The position numbers and the translations under genes were made by a program. A stretch of DNA of 64,000 nt, from positions 8,930,001-8,994,000 of the forward strand of contig NC_087249.1 of the NCBI RefSeq assembly GCF_037042905.1, in the 5' to 3' direction. This document shows, piece by piece, positions 27,050 through 39,461 of this stretch. This stretch comes from Lytechinus pictus (Eukaryota). Below the pieces are notes generated by a model that saw only the letters and a program-made list of their open reading frames with translations, made no database searches and was not told the origin of the DNA. How positions within the stretch are numbered: position 1 is the first letter of the stretch; the number at the start of each line of letters is the position of its first letter.

Positions 27050-29266
27050 CTTCAGAATGAAGCAGAATTGTTTAATGGAATACAAATCAAGATTACAACT
27101 CTTTAATGTATAAATCATCTATTTTGAACAACCAACAATCAGGAGACATATTTTGATATGTCATATAATAATATTGTTGACTAACATATTATAATTCACA
27201 TTAACTTTTACTAAAGAATAAAAAGCAAATTAAAAAAAAAAGAAAGACAATTTTCCAAACTTTCACATTATGTTCCCACTTCCCACCTAGGAGACTCAAA
27301 GTGAACAATATTGTGTGCATATTTGTTTGAATAAAACTTGTAAAAATTCAAATAGCTGTAAAAACAAATATTTTCACAAATACAAATACAGATATTTGGG
27401 ATGACTTTGAATTTAAAACATTTAGGTATTCAAAGTAACCTTTAAGAAGAAAACATACCATTCCCATTACAATAAATGTTGCTTGATATTACAACATGTC
27501 ATCATATTTCGACACGCCCCAATTGTGACTTTTGTTTTAAAAAGAAAAAGTTCAAAAGGAAAATGAATTGAAAACTTACTGTTTTCTCTGAATTCACACA
27601 ATCTCACTCTTTTACCACACCTCGTGGCAGAATTTTTTTCTTTTGTTAAATGAGATGAGAGTGCTACAAAACAGCCTTTCTCTTTCGAAATTCGGACAAG
27701 CTGAAGAAGCGTCCCAGATTGAACGTGAAACTGTTCTCCATTTCAATAATATAAGTCCAAGATGAATAGATTATTTTCTCTTCAGTAATTTGACCGTCTC
27801 CCTGGATGAATAAAACAATGAATCAGTTTATTCTTTCTCATTGGATATTTCTTCATAAGTAAGCATGTCTTACAGAGATAAAAAATGGTTCTCAGAATAC
27901 AAATTTGAAGAGATTTTAAGATTCTACAAATATCAATATTTAAGGATATTTTTTATCTCACTGATTTTAATGGCGATAGAATATTCTATTTCATCTGCGA
28001 TAAAATGGATCTCAGAATACCCCCTATATCATTAAGCCCATGCCATTCAGTGGTTATCTAATAGTAGAAGTTCTAGTATTTTTGAAATTTTAATTATTAC
28101 AACTTAAACAAATAGGTGCATTATCAAGTTGCACGAGCTAATCATCTCTCTTCCCATGTTCTTATTTCCTCTCTTTCCCTTTTCCATCACCTGGAAAACA
28201 AAAAAAATGGGAGAGCATCTACAATCTTATGTCTTCTTTCTCAGTTTTCATCATATGAAAAACAGGGTGGGGATGTGTGGCATCGGGGGATTTTGAGCAT
28301 TGCTCCGTCTTCTTCTAATACCATGATCCCTAGAGCTTGAAATTGTAAATTGGCAAGATTTAGATTTAATGAGGATAAACATCACTCAAGTCAATCCTTC
28401 GTTACTTAAACTTGCTTGTTCACCTTTTTATACAGCACTTTTATCATATACAAATTTGAGCTTGGTCATTAATGTCTGAATACAATGTATGAAAAGAAGA
28501 TGTTATTCAAACCCCCTTTCACCCCTTTCATTTTTTAGCAATCGGTCAATACTCAATTTTCCTGTCATAAAGAAAAATAGACACAGGTAAATAGTTTAGG
28601 AATGAACTTACAATGTAGATATTTCAGAGCAAAAAAAAACCATCACTCAACTATTTGGTCGATACATGCCATCAATGGAATGGTAGGAGTCAACAGGGCA
28701 CCCTAATGTCATGACACAACACAAGCAATTTCGGGGCTGCTCCAATCATCACAGCTGCTTTAACATTCCTTTAAAAATGGTTTAAAATTTCCATTCAAAA
28801 TGACAACAGACCAGGGACACTCCAGCCATGCCCACTCTCTTTGATCTCAAACTATCTGAGAATGTGTGTCCCTTGGACTGGTAGAAGTAGGCACCCATAG
28901 AAGCTGATAACATCCATCATCTGGTTCCGACCACTGTGAACACCATCAAGAAACGTGACAACATATTTCACAAAGAGACTGCTCAGAAAGCAAACTTGTT
29001 TCTTGAGATTAAGCCTTTCTTCTTTGACACCAGACGGTAAACTGATCCAATGTGACGCAAGTCGCATTACCCGTTTACTCATAAATCATCATCACTGAGC
29101 CAATATTTTGGCTACCTGCTCCACCTCACCATTTCAACACTAGCTTTAAGAGATGCTAAACGGACAAGTCTCGGAAAAGAAAGGCTCTCTTGTTAGAAGT
29201 AAGCGTTTCCATCTCTAATCTTTGATACCAGATGAAGGCACTCGTCAAGCTGTAGGCACAACCTAC
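27050..29266 (-). other. Candidate 3' UTR of the LRR gene
   Basis: Largely repeat-free sequence after the stop. Candidate polyA signals are AATAAA (27832-27827) and ATTAAA (27076-27071). The end is not determinable. Confidence 0.35.
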
Positions 29267-29443
29267 TCATACATCGCAGTCCTCGTCACCATCCTCCTCT
29301 ACCTCCTCCTCATCTTCCTCCTCATCTTCCTCCTCATCGTCTGTTTCATCTCCTTCCTGGTCCTGTGGTTCATCCAAACCATTCTCTTCTGGACCATCTC
29401 CGCGTGGAGTGACTGATGAACCAAGCAGGATGAAACCAAGACC
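29267..29443 (-). CDS. LRR protein terminal coding exon, acidic tail GLGFILLGSSVTPRGDGPEENGLDEPQDQEGDETDDEEEDEEEDEEEVEEDGDEDCDV*
   Basis: Acceptor ttctttcttcttctttccag ends at 29444. The exon is 177 nt in phase 0, open to TGA at 29269-29267, and matches the phase of the upstream donor. Confidence 0.88.
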   Translation of the reverse strand, partial: GLGFILLGSSVTPRGDGPEENGLDEPQDQEGDETDDEEEDEEEDEEEVEEDGDEDCDV

Positions 29444-30147
29444 CTGGAAAGAAGAAGAAAGAATACAGGTATGATCAGAGTAAAGACAATGAAAACTTTC
29501 TCTAAAGTAGGGGCTGAGTCATGTCAACCTTTTTTTAACTGCATCTTACCGGTCAGAAACTGGTATTCCGATAGAAGCATGTTAGAAATTAGGACACAAT
29601 ATAAAAAAATATTGATTACCATGTTTCTTACAATTACATGTATATGTTTATATGACAAGTATACAACAAAATCAAGAGCAGGATTGCTATTGGCATATTG
29701 CACCCTCTCAATTTTCTATTCAAACTTGAGTCTCTGGTGTCTCTAGCAAAGGAGGTCACCATAACATGCACTGTTTGCCACCACTGAATGTCCTTTGAAA
29801 TCTTGAACTCGCATCACAATTTATTCACTATAAAATCTGTACGGAAAGGACGTAATCTCTCCTTACATATTGGTGGACCAACTGCTCACAGCACCAAGAT
29901 AACAAGCTTGCAAATAATGGCGACCACTATCACAGAAGACAACATCAACGGACCAAGACAAGGAAATGAAGAAATATGGCATGATAACCCCACATTCCGT
30001 AGTCCAATTTTCACGGATAATTTCATGTATACAATCAGAATTCAAATGTCAGTATTGTTTGAAAACTAAATATGATAATGAATATTTTACTATCACACAG
30101 CAATCATTTCCATGAATTGTGCTGAGGTCACTCGTTTGGTGGAACAC

Positions 30148-30902
30148 CAGGGGGGTGTTTCACAAAGATTTAAGTATGACTTTGGTCGCACTTAAATACT
30201 GACGCATACAAGATATGCAACGCGCAATCTTATTGATCAATACGCAGTAGTGCACGTCCTCTTTGCATGATCTGACCAATGCGGTCATGCCTTTTATACC
30301 GCACGCAACGAGGCATTTAAGTGCGACTCTAAGTCATACTTAAATCTTTGTAAAACACCCTCCAGGCTCCAGGTGTGTGTTTCATAAAGCTGTTTGTAAG
30401 TTAAGAGCGACTGTAAGAACGACTGGTGATCCTTTCTTACGCTTTGAATAATCACCAATTATGAACATTGAATGGTGAATATCATTTACCAAAAGAAAGG
30501 ATCACCAGTCGTTCTTAAAGTCACTCTTAACTTACTAACAGCTTTATGAAACTGGGCCCAGGTGGGCGTTTTATAAAGCTGTTCCTAAATTTACGCATGA
30601 CTTAACGCACAACTGGAACATGTTCTTAAGTGCTACATCAGCTATGTAGGGATTAATCTGTACTACAAGAAAGGGTCACCAGTCATGCATAGAGTCAATG
30701 GTAACTTACAAACAGCTTTATGAAACACCCACCAGGGCCCCAAAACGCAAAACTTAGCAATCAATTGCTAATTTGAAAGAGCAATTCTGATTGGTTCCAA
30801 GACAGTCTACTGAGCAATATGCGCATGCAATGACATTCTTGATACATGTAGGCCATTTCATTTTACGATTAATTGCTAACCTAGATATTTTATGGGTCCC
30901 AG
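30148..30902. mobile_element. Tandem chain of four palindromic MITEs with CAG junctions, in LRR intron 2
   Basis: Units 30151-30362, 30373-30558, 30562-30732 and 30736-30899, each with its own TIRs. CAG at 30148, 30363, 30370, 30559, 30733 and 30900. Confidence 0.88.
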
Positions 30903-30988
30903 AAGGGGGAAAATGTTAACGGGCGGATTTTAGCATTCTGGTTAGAAAGAAAGTCAGTAATTTGAAGGAAATAGTACTTAGTCATTAC

Positions 30989-31752
30989 CTTCCAATGGTC
31001 TGGCCTATCAATAAACGGATTATCTCTCAGGTCTAACTTTGTGAGTTGTGTGAGGCCAATCAGCCTATCATCTGGAAGAGCACAGATCTGGTTCTTGGCC
31101 ATGGCTAAAGATACCAACTTGGGCACCTCTGTCAGTCCCTCAGGTACCTCACTGAAATTATTTTCACTCAAGTCTATATACATCAGCTCTGCAAGTCGTC
31201 CAAAGCGATCTGGTAACCGACTGAGGAGGTTGTTCGCAAGGTTCAGCCACTGCAAGCTGCAGAGTCTTGTGGTTTCTGTGGGAAGCTCCGCAATCATATT
31301 GTCTCTGGCGCCAAGTTTTATCAAGCACTGCAGGAGGCCAATTTCCACAGGGAGGGACACCAGTTGAGTGTTCACAACCCACAGTTGCTTCAAGTTCCTG
31401 AGATCACCTATGTCCTTTGGCAAGGAACACAAGGGGTTGTGACTGAGACTTAGGTAGGTAAGGTTCTTGAGACGGCCAAAGCCTGTGGGAAGGAGAGTCA
31501 GCTGGTTGTGGTCCAAGGTTAGTTCCTGCAGGCCCTCGAGGGAGACCAGTTCTGAAGGTGGCATGATAATCTTATTGTTGTTCAGCAGCAATCGCTTCAC
31601 CTGGTGGAGCTTCTGCAAGGTGTCTGGAAGGATCGCCAAGTCACGGTTGCTGAGGTTCAGGACAGGCTGGCCATTCTTCACGGCCAGTGAGATGGCCTTA
31701 TTCAAGTCCTCCAAACTGGTTTCCATGGTGGCATTGCAACTTGTTTCCCTGT
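30989..31752 (-). CDS. Leucine-rich repeat protein, main coding exon (ten ~23-aa LxxLxLxxNxLxxLP repeats)
   Basis: ORF 31726-30890 has regular LRRs up to ...LDLRDNPFIDRPDHWK. Acceptor ttttttttttcag ends at 31753. Donor AAG|GTAATG at 30989/30988 is phase 0 (31726-30989 = 246 codons). ATG at 31726 is in GCCACCATGG context. Confidence 0.93.
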
Positions 31753-34700
31753 CTGAAAAAAAAAATAGATTGCAAAAGTTCTCAGATTATATAATTCCAT
31801 TCAATTCATTGTAACTGCTTTTTGCGTAATGGGAAAATACAGTACAAGTAATCCTTACTATAATTTGGCTAATCTTGCGTGTCCTTCCGTTTGTTTGACG
31901 GCTCTTTTCTCTGTGGTATTCCACTCAATCGAGCTGGAATTTTTTCTAAACAATGGTTAAATTTTTAAGACAATTTAGTCTAACATTCTGTTGTACATAT
32001 ATTACATGTAGATAGTTTTATGTCAAAGCAGATATGAACATACTGAGTAAAAAATTGTTTATCATTCAGTCCTTTATTTTGACATAACATGCCATCTCAT
32101 ATATTCTGATACTATCTGTACCGGTATTTTGCCTTCAATTGACATGTTTATGTTTTGTTTGACATGTATTGTACAAAACTCTGTTGTACATATGTAGATG
32201 TTTATCAAAAATGTAGATATGAATATAACAGAACAAATATGGTTTATCGCTTCAACAGCCAATATATCTTGTATCTATAACAGACTTACAGGGACATTTT
32301 TTATGCATTATAACATGCCATCTCAAGTATTATGATCTTTTCATCTGTATACTCTTGTAGCATATATCTTGCCTTTACATGATTATATTTTATACATTGT
32401 GTTTTACATTTCTATTAAAAGACATAATCTGACATACACGTAGACCAATATTGTTATTTATTTGAATGAAATGAAATATTGTATTCTAATCACTGAAGAT
32501 ACCTGATACCCATAAAATTTTTATAAGACACAATAATTCCATAAGATATACATATACAGTGTACTTTCTAAGATTTTTATCAATTATTTTAATGCATAAC
32601 TATTCGACCCACCAAAAAAAAAAGATATCTAAAACCTTTTGAAAAAATCTGAAAGCTTTTCTTTCTCTCTCTTTTGTATTCTTTATAATTTCTCTATCTC
32701 TCTCTTCATCTCTCTCTGATTTCCCCACTGTCTCTCACATTCATTTCCCCCACTGTCTGTCTCTCTCATTCATTTTTCCCACTGTCTGTCTGTCTGTCTC
32801 TCTCTCTCATTCATTTTCCGTGTGGGTCTCGTTCATCATTTTTCCCATTGTCTGTCTCTCATTTTCCTGTCTGTATGACTCATTTTTCCCACCACTGTTT
32901 CTATCTCACTCATTTTATCACCCCCCCCCCCCCCCTTTCTCTCACTCTCACTTCTTTTCGACATCCCGCTGTACTTCTATAAGATTGAGCAACCTTTAAT
33001 TTAAAAAGTACAAACAACTGCAGTCTAATGTGCATTGTAAGGTACATGTGCAATGTACTTACATATATTTATTTCTGACCCAATACATTTAATGATAACA
33101 TTTCTATATCACAATAATTGCCTCTTGACTGCTTACTGAATACACCATGTTCTAATACATTTTTCTATTTCATACTTAGATTTGGTTTCACTCTGTAATG
33201 ATTATTGAAGTTCTTCCTCCAATTCAACCCAATATGCTTAACTTAATTGAACCTCCTATCTATATTGAAAGAGAAGTCTGCTATGAATCAGTTGTTTAAA
33301 TATATTTCATCAATAAACTGATTGGCTTTCAGTGTGAATAGGCAGTCTAGTTGTACATACAAGAATGCCACCCTCCCACACACCTTGATAAAGAAAAATG
33401 ACTCCTACATGTACCCCCTGTGCTGCCACGGGTAATTGCTGCTTATAAGTAATAATGACAAAAATAATGATATATTGAAAATCTATTCTTTTTACTGATA
33501 GAGTTATTTTGAATTTAGAGAAGAGGACAGTAGGCTACTCTTAATAAAGGAAGTGAACGAACAACTTTATTAATAAACATTCTGTTTTATAATATATACA
33601 TTAACAATGACAAGGAAAATCACACTGAATGCTTATTATGATTCTGCAGACATTCAAAGATGACAAATTTGTGCTGCATTTTCAATAAATCAAAAAAATC
33701 ATCAGAAACCAAAAAATATCAAGCATGACAAAAAATACTTCCTCCAGAGTAACGGTATTACAATGTCAAGCATGAATGCCATTTATCAGACATCATTCTC
33801 ACGATTCCAAACGGCCCATTTTCATTGTAATCTAAATCTAGGCAAATCTCATTCTCTTCACATCAATGGGTTATTTTTTAGAACAAAATTTATCATCCAA
33901 AAAAGTAATTGTTGTTTCATTTGGTTGATTAATTCAAATATCTGTGGATTAATTTGCACAATGGTTCATAAAAGTCTGACTACTGTCACAGCTTTTTTCA
34001 ATTTTATTGAGGTTCTAATGCCTCCTAGATTGCGTAACTAACACTAAGAGACTGAAGCTTTCGGTCTAAAAAAACGCTTGAGTTCATGAACTGAAAATGG
34101 TCACACGAATGTGATTGGCTGGTGCATTCATATACTCAAGCTGCAATAGAAACAAGATGACACCGGGTCTTTGGAATACAAATTGTGGATTTTACATCAC
34201 ACACTTCGAGTGGTAGGCACTAAGGCTAAGCTAAGCTGATTGTATTCTTAAAATGTTAGTTTCATTCACATGCTTTGTTTACTCCTTCAAAAAGAGGAAT
34301 TATCATGCCTGGAGTAGATCTAATCGTACAGGGTGCAGTAGCTCACCCTTTTTTCCAAAGACCCTATATTCAAACATCATGCAACCAGCACTATGAGTCC
34401 TATGGGAGACTTCCGTTCATGTAGCACTAGCAGGACTACAAGTACAAAAAATCAGGTGAGAAAATGTATAATGTTGCGTTAGAGTCTTTACTTTAGACCT
34501 TTCTCTCACGTTAAAAAAATAAAAGTAAAAATAAAAATTCCTGCGAATCGTCTATTTTTTAAAATAAATTCAATCATTCACTCATTGATTCCTACCTTCA
34601 TTCCCTAACCCAGCATTCATACCTTTCATATTTTTCTTTCCATTTACGAACACGATCACGAAGGAAAAAAGTATACCTAATATGTTACTTTGTTAGAATC

Positions 34701-34897
34701 TAACGTTAGATCGAATTTATAAAACATAAAAATAAGCGTATGGGACTACACCGTAAAACATCGAGAGGATTTATTTTTTATTTTTTTTATTTAACTACCC
34801 AAAAAAGCACAAAAAACAACTGATTCATTAGCATGGATACATACTGTTTTTCATTATTTCATACACATAGCACTAGTATGCTCTTAGTAAGTCTTAC

Positions 34898-34904
34898 CGT
34901 TCAT
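34898..34904 (-). CDS. LRR gene candidate first exon, coding part ATGAACG (5' UTR extends to about 35.0 kb)
   Basis: Donor ACG|GTAAGA at 34898/34897 inside a CpG-rich patch. 7 nt plus the 26 nt at 31752-31727 give 33 nt, in frame, adding MNDRETSCNAT before METSLEDL. Confidence 0.6.
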
Positions 34905-35100
34905 GTACAATTTAAAGCAGCTTGGCACAAGAAGTCGGCCGGATGCACAGCGTCTCTAACAACGATCCCACCGATCACATGCGCTATTGCGATACCACCT
35001 GCACCGGAGCAAAAAGCCGGGGCAAGAGATCTATTATTATGGAGTATCCTGTATGGAGATATTGTTCTCTTCGACGTCTTTGGGCCTGCCTAACCATCTA
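34905..35100 (-). promoter_or_regulatory. Candidate promoter/5' UTR of the LRR gene
   Basis: Locally GC/CpG-rich unique sequence next to the donor, with an X-box-like GTTGTTAGAGAC near 34952-34963. Confidence 0.45.
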
Positions 35101-35613
35101 GAATTTTAGATTATTAATACACCTTTATAGGCTTAACTCCTTCTTCATAACTGTGAAAGGCTAATTTCCAAAGTTTGAATACCGTAAGCGAGCGAGCACC
35201 TCGAGCTGATATGTTTTGATAATTAGATCTGAAACCGGGATCTGAAAAGGGGGACTTTTTTTGCATGAATAGGATTTGTATCACTCACAAAACCAAAGGC
35301 GAAAAAAAAAATAGATCAGAAAACGATACATTTTAAACACCCCTTTTCAATCATGAACAAGACCTTATTAAACAAAAAGCACGAGCTGAATTTTATCATT
35401 ATTTTTTTATTCAGACTAATTAAAGGGCATAAAAACAATTAAGACATTTTATTAAGCACCCATTCCCCTGTACTATTTTTTTCTTTCTTTCCCTCTTTTA
35501 AATTATTTTTTGCACCGCCAACAGTGGGGCTTTGGCCCCGGCCCTGGATCCGCCTACATGTATTATGATCTTGGAAAAGCACATATGCAGCTGGAAAGCG
35601 AGTGTCGTGTATA

Positions 35614-36622
35614 CTTCCCTTCCCTTCCCTTCCCTTCCCTTCCCTTCCCTTCCCTTCCCTTCCCTTCCCTTCCCTTCCCTTCCCTTCCCTTCCCTTCCCT
35701 TCCCTTCCCTTCCCTTCCCTTCCCTTCCCTTCCCTTCCCTTCCCTTCCCTTCCCTTCCCTTCCCTTCCCTTCCCTTCCCTTCCCTTCCCTTCCCTTCCCT
35801 TCCCTTCCCTTCCCTTCCCTTCCCTTCCCTTCCCTTCCCTTCCCTTCCCTTCCCTTCCCTTCCCTTCCCTTCCCTTCCCTTCCCTTCCCTTCCCTTCCCT
35901 TCCCTTCCCTTCCCTTCCCTTCCCTTCCCTTCCCTTCCCTTCCCTTCCCTTCCCTTCCCTTCCCTTCCCTTCCCTTCCCTTCCCTTCCCTTCCCTTCCCT
36001 TCCCTTCCCTTCCCTTCCCTTCCCTTCCCTTCCCTTCCCTTCCCTTCCCTTCCCTTCCCTTCCCTTCCCTTCCCTTCCCTTCCCTTCCCTTCCCTTCCCT
36101 TCCCTTCCCTTCCCTTCCCTTCCCTTCCCTTCCCTTCCCTTCCCTTCCCTTCCCTTCCCTTCCCTTCCCTTCCCTTCCCTTCCCTTCCCTTCCCTTCCCT
36201 TCCCTTCCCTTCCCTTCCCTTCCCTTCCCTTCCCTTCCCTTCCCTTCCCTTCCCTTCCCTTCCCTTCCCTTCCCTTCCCTTCCCTTCCCTTCCCTTCCCT
36301 TCCCTTCCCTTCCCTTCCCTTCCCTTCCCTTCCCTTCCCTTCCCTTCCCTTCCCTTCCCTTCCCTTCCCTTCCCTTCCCTTCCCTTCCCTTCCCTTCCCT
36401 TCCCTTCCCTTCCCTTCCCTTCCCTTCCCTTCCCTCCCCTCCCCTCCCCTCCCCTCCCCTCCCCTCCCCTCCCCTCCCCTCCCCTCCCCTCCCCTCCCCT
36501 CCCCTCCCCTCCCCTCCCCTCCCCTCCCCTCCCCTTCCCTCCCCTCCCCTCCCCTCCCCTCCCCTCCCCTCCCCTCCCCTCCCCTCCCCTCCCCTCCCCT
36601 CCCCTCCCCTCCCCTTCCCTTC
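35614..36622. repeat. (CTTCC)n switching to (CTCCC)n pentanucleotide array, about 1 kb
   Basis: Read directly; the unit switches near 36430. Confidence 0.98.
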
Positions 36623-37281
36623 ACTGCCCTGTCCTTCTCTCCTCTCCTTTCTTCCTCTATTCCCTTCTCTTCTCTCATGTCTCTTTTTCCCTTTTCTCCT
36701 TCTCTTCGTTTCAAGTTCCTCCTCATACTCTATTTTGTTTTCTTGCTTTTTAATATTTTAGGGGGTTCGATCAAACTTCCACTCCCCAAGTTACGGAATT
36801 GTTTGCAAAGTGGCACAAAGGAATTCATAGGCCTAAATAAAAGAGCTGAAATCCTTGATCTAGGCATATTCACCTGGAAAACTAAAAACTAAAGACTAAA
36901 AAAAAGCTTTAAAGCCATTAAACTTTGTAGAAGGGCATGAAAATGATATCTCATAAAAATTAGCCCTAACGAGAGGGCTTCGACTGAGAATGAGACATTT
37001 TCCAAGCATTTTTTTGTAATCATGAACAGGATGCGTGCAGAGGGCAGACGTCGTTCAGGGGGGGGGGGGCAGGGGATGATCGCGTCCCCAAATATATATA
37101 TTTGGAGCAAGCAAGTTTGCACCAATAATTTTGAAAACTTGAAAAATTTATGTTATACAATGCAATGTTTAAAAAGCATTGAATTGTATTATAAGACCAT
37201 TAAACTTGCCAATTTTGATAAGCGCTTTGCACCTAGCGCGCCATTTATTTTTGACATTTTGTCAACATACGCCTCCACCCC

Positions 37282-38400
37282 CATAGGCGGATCGAGGGGG
37301 GGCCCGGTCCCCCCCCCCCCCCTATTGGCGGAGCGAAAAAAAAAGAAAAACAAGGGCCGGGGAAAGAAAAAAAGGAAGGGAAAAGAGAAAAGAAAAAAAG
37401 AGGGGGAAACGTAAGAGAAGGAAGAAGGGTGAATAAAATGAGATTAGGGGAAGACTTGGAAAGTAATTTTTTTTAATGTTTCATGTCTCTATATAAAGTT
37501 TTTGCTCGCGCTTCGCGCTCGCATTGTCTTTTGGGTGATTTACATATTTTGCTCAATATGGTGCTTAAAATATCAAACTTTGAAGTCAATATACAAAACG
37601 TATTTCAGCTCGTTAATCAAACTTTCATTATCTTGTTTGATTTACAAATTGATTTTTTAAAAGTGCTCAGTAAATTTTTTTGTTTTATGGTCTGAATATC
37701 AACATTTTCTGCTCGCGCTGCGGCGCCCTCGCAAAATTTGATTTGTCGGGAACCTATTATTTTCCTGTATTCCATAAAGTTCTCAATATATATCCCTATT
37801 CAGGTCAGATTGTCAAAACGTATCAGCTAGCGCTGCACGCTCGCATTTTGATTGGTGAGTTATGTATATCTCAATATTAATTCTAAAACAAATTACTTAA
37901 AATCCCCATTTCATGACAGTTTATAAAAAATTTCCGCTCGCGATTTGCGCTCGCATTGATTGTAGAAAATTTATTAACTCATGAATCTTATTCAATATTA
38001 CAAAAGTGCTTTAAATGTCCAGTTTTCAGGCCACAATATTAACAGATTTCGCGCTCTCATTAGGCTTATTAGATTAATAAATAAGATATTAATTTGATAG
38101 TCAAATTGTCCCCTTTTCAGAATGGAATATCGACAAGTTTCATCTCGCGCTATAGGAAGAGAAATAGGCAGATAGTCATTATTTTCAAATGATGACATAA
38201 TGTTATAAAAATGCCCCGGTCCTATGTCAAAACCCAAAGTAATAATAATGAAACATATCAGCTCTTGTTTTACAATGATCCATCTACCTCACGATTTTCC
38301 TACAAAATGCTTGAAATATACAGAGCTTAAATTTACCCTTTTTCAGATCGTAATATCAAATATTTTAAGCGAGCACGAATTGATTATTCAGACATTATAT
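37282..38400. repeat. Dispersed repeat with CATAGGCGGATC start and recurrent GCTCGCGCTTCGCGCTCGC motifs
   Basis: Motif near 37505, 37710, 37830 and 37935. The same motif or its complement recurs near 47732, 49915, 50757 and 51400. Window positions 1-190 resemble this element's start. Confidence 0.6.
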
Positions 38401-38666
38401 ATACAATGGGACATTTTAAATGATTACCTAATATTTGTATTAATTAAATGAAAATTTTGGATATTCAAATCTGAAACCGGAACAGAATTACTGAGCACTT
38501 TTAAAAATCCTGAACAAGATGGGTTAATAAAACAAGTGGAAACAATACGATAACTTTCAGTAGTTATTGACGTATATTTTTTTTCTCCAATTTTCTTGTC
38601 TTCCTCACTTATATAATCTTATTCACTTCTCTCTTTCTTTCTTTTTCTCCGATCCACACCTTTCCT

Positions 38667-38902
38667 CATTGGCGGCAAGAGCCAAAAATTATAGGGGGGA
38701 CCACAACATTTTTTTTGACAAGCAAAAAAAAAAGGTTATCGACAAAAATTTTTAGGGGGGACGCAAGAAAAAAAAATTGACAAGCAAAAAAAAGAGAGAG
38801 AAAAAAAAGGTTATCAACAAAAAATTTAGGGGGGACCATCCCCCCCACCTAAAATTTAGGGGGGGACACGTCCCCCCGTCCTCCCCGCTTCCGCCGCCTA
38901 TG
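38667..38902. mobile_element. hAT-like MITE with 8-bp TSD
   Basis: CATTGGCGGC ... GCCGCCTATG, TSD CCTTTCCT on both sides, internal direct repeat TTGACAAGCAAAAAAA. Confidence 0.85.
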
Positions 38903-38964
38903 CCTTTCCTACACCTTTGCTCCCCCCTGTACCTTTCCCTTTTTTTTCGCCACTTATAGAGAAC

Positions 38965-39235
38965 TATTTGGCCGTTTCTGCACAGGATTCGCCAATTGGG
39001 CAGATCTTCCCTCTCGCGAAGTTCGATTTGCTCGCGAGCTCTAGCGCCATCTTTCGGCAGAATGGAGTACAATTTTACGCATTGTTTACATTTCCCGCGA
39101 CACTGCATGCTCTGCACTGCACTGCCACTGGCACTGGCACTGTTGTCTTCTAAGTATGTAATATCTGATGTTTTCCTGTTGTATGCCCAATTTACTCAGA
39201 AATACATTGTGGGACAGAAGAGCAGAAAACTGGAG
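38965..39235 (+). promoter_or_regulatory. Candidate CpG-rich promoter and non-coding first exon, possibly of ASH1L
   Basis: CpG cluster with TCTCGCGAAG and GCTCGCGAGC, a GCGCCATCTT (YY1/CTCF-like) motif at 39042-39058, and donor GAG|GTAACC at 39235/39236. Downstream DNA becomes CpG-poor. Confidence 0.45.
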
Positions 39236-39461
39236 GTAACCCTATTTTGTTGAATGAAAAACTTGTAATCCTTGATAGCTGTAGAAAGTGTGATAATTAT
39301 ATGCTTGACTGACCTGGATCAGGACCCCCGCGCTCGCCCGTAGTTCTCCCTGACGAGGCTTTGCGTGTGTCGTTGCTTCTGCCTGGGTTTCCCAGAAAAA
39401 AAAAGGCCAGAATCCCTGCATTTTTCACCTTGTAGGCTAATAGATTTTCTTGACGCAGAGG

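Noticed and set aside
28981..29100. C/D box snoRNA (GTGATGA ... CTGA, minus strand)
   Set aside because: The terminal stem does not pair in K-turn register, I recognise no rRNA guide, and it lies in a probable 3' UTR.
29150..29269. Selenocysteine or read-through at the LRR TGA
   Set aside because: The downstream frame closes after about 36 codons of unremarkable sequence, and I see no convincing SECIS.
30148..30902. CRISPR-like array
   Set aside because: The units are long self-palindromic elements rather than unique spacers between identical repeats; the context is eukaryotic with no cas genes.
30890..30988. C-terminal 32 aa of the 278-aa ORF
   Set aside because: Lies past a consensus donor and runs into a MITE; the in-phase exon at 29443 is the better continuation.
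35510..36892. Four 383-460-aa ORFs (FPSLP and GKGRE repeats)
   Set aside because: They are translations of a stop-free pentanucleotide microsatellite, open in several frames on both strands.
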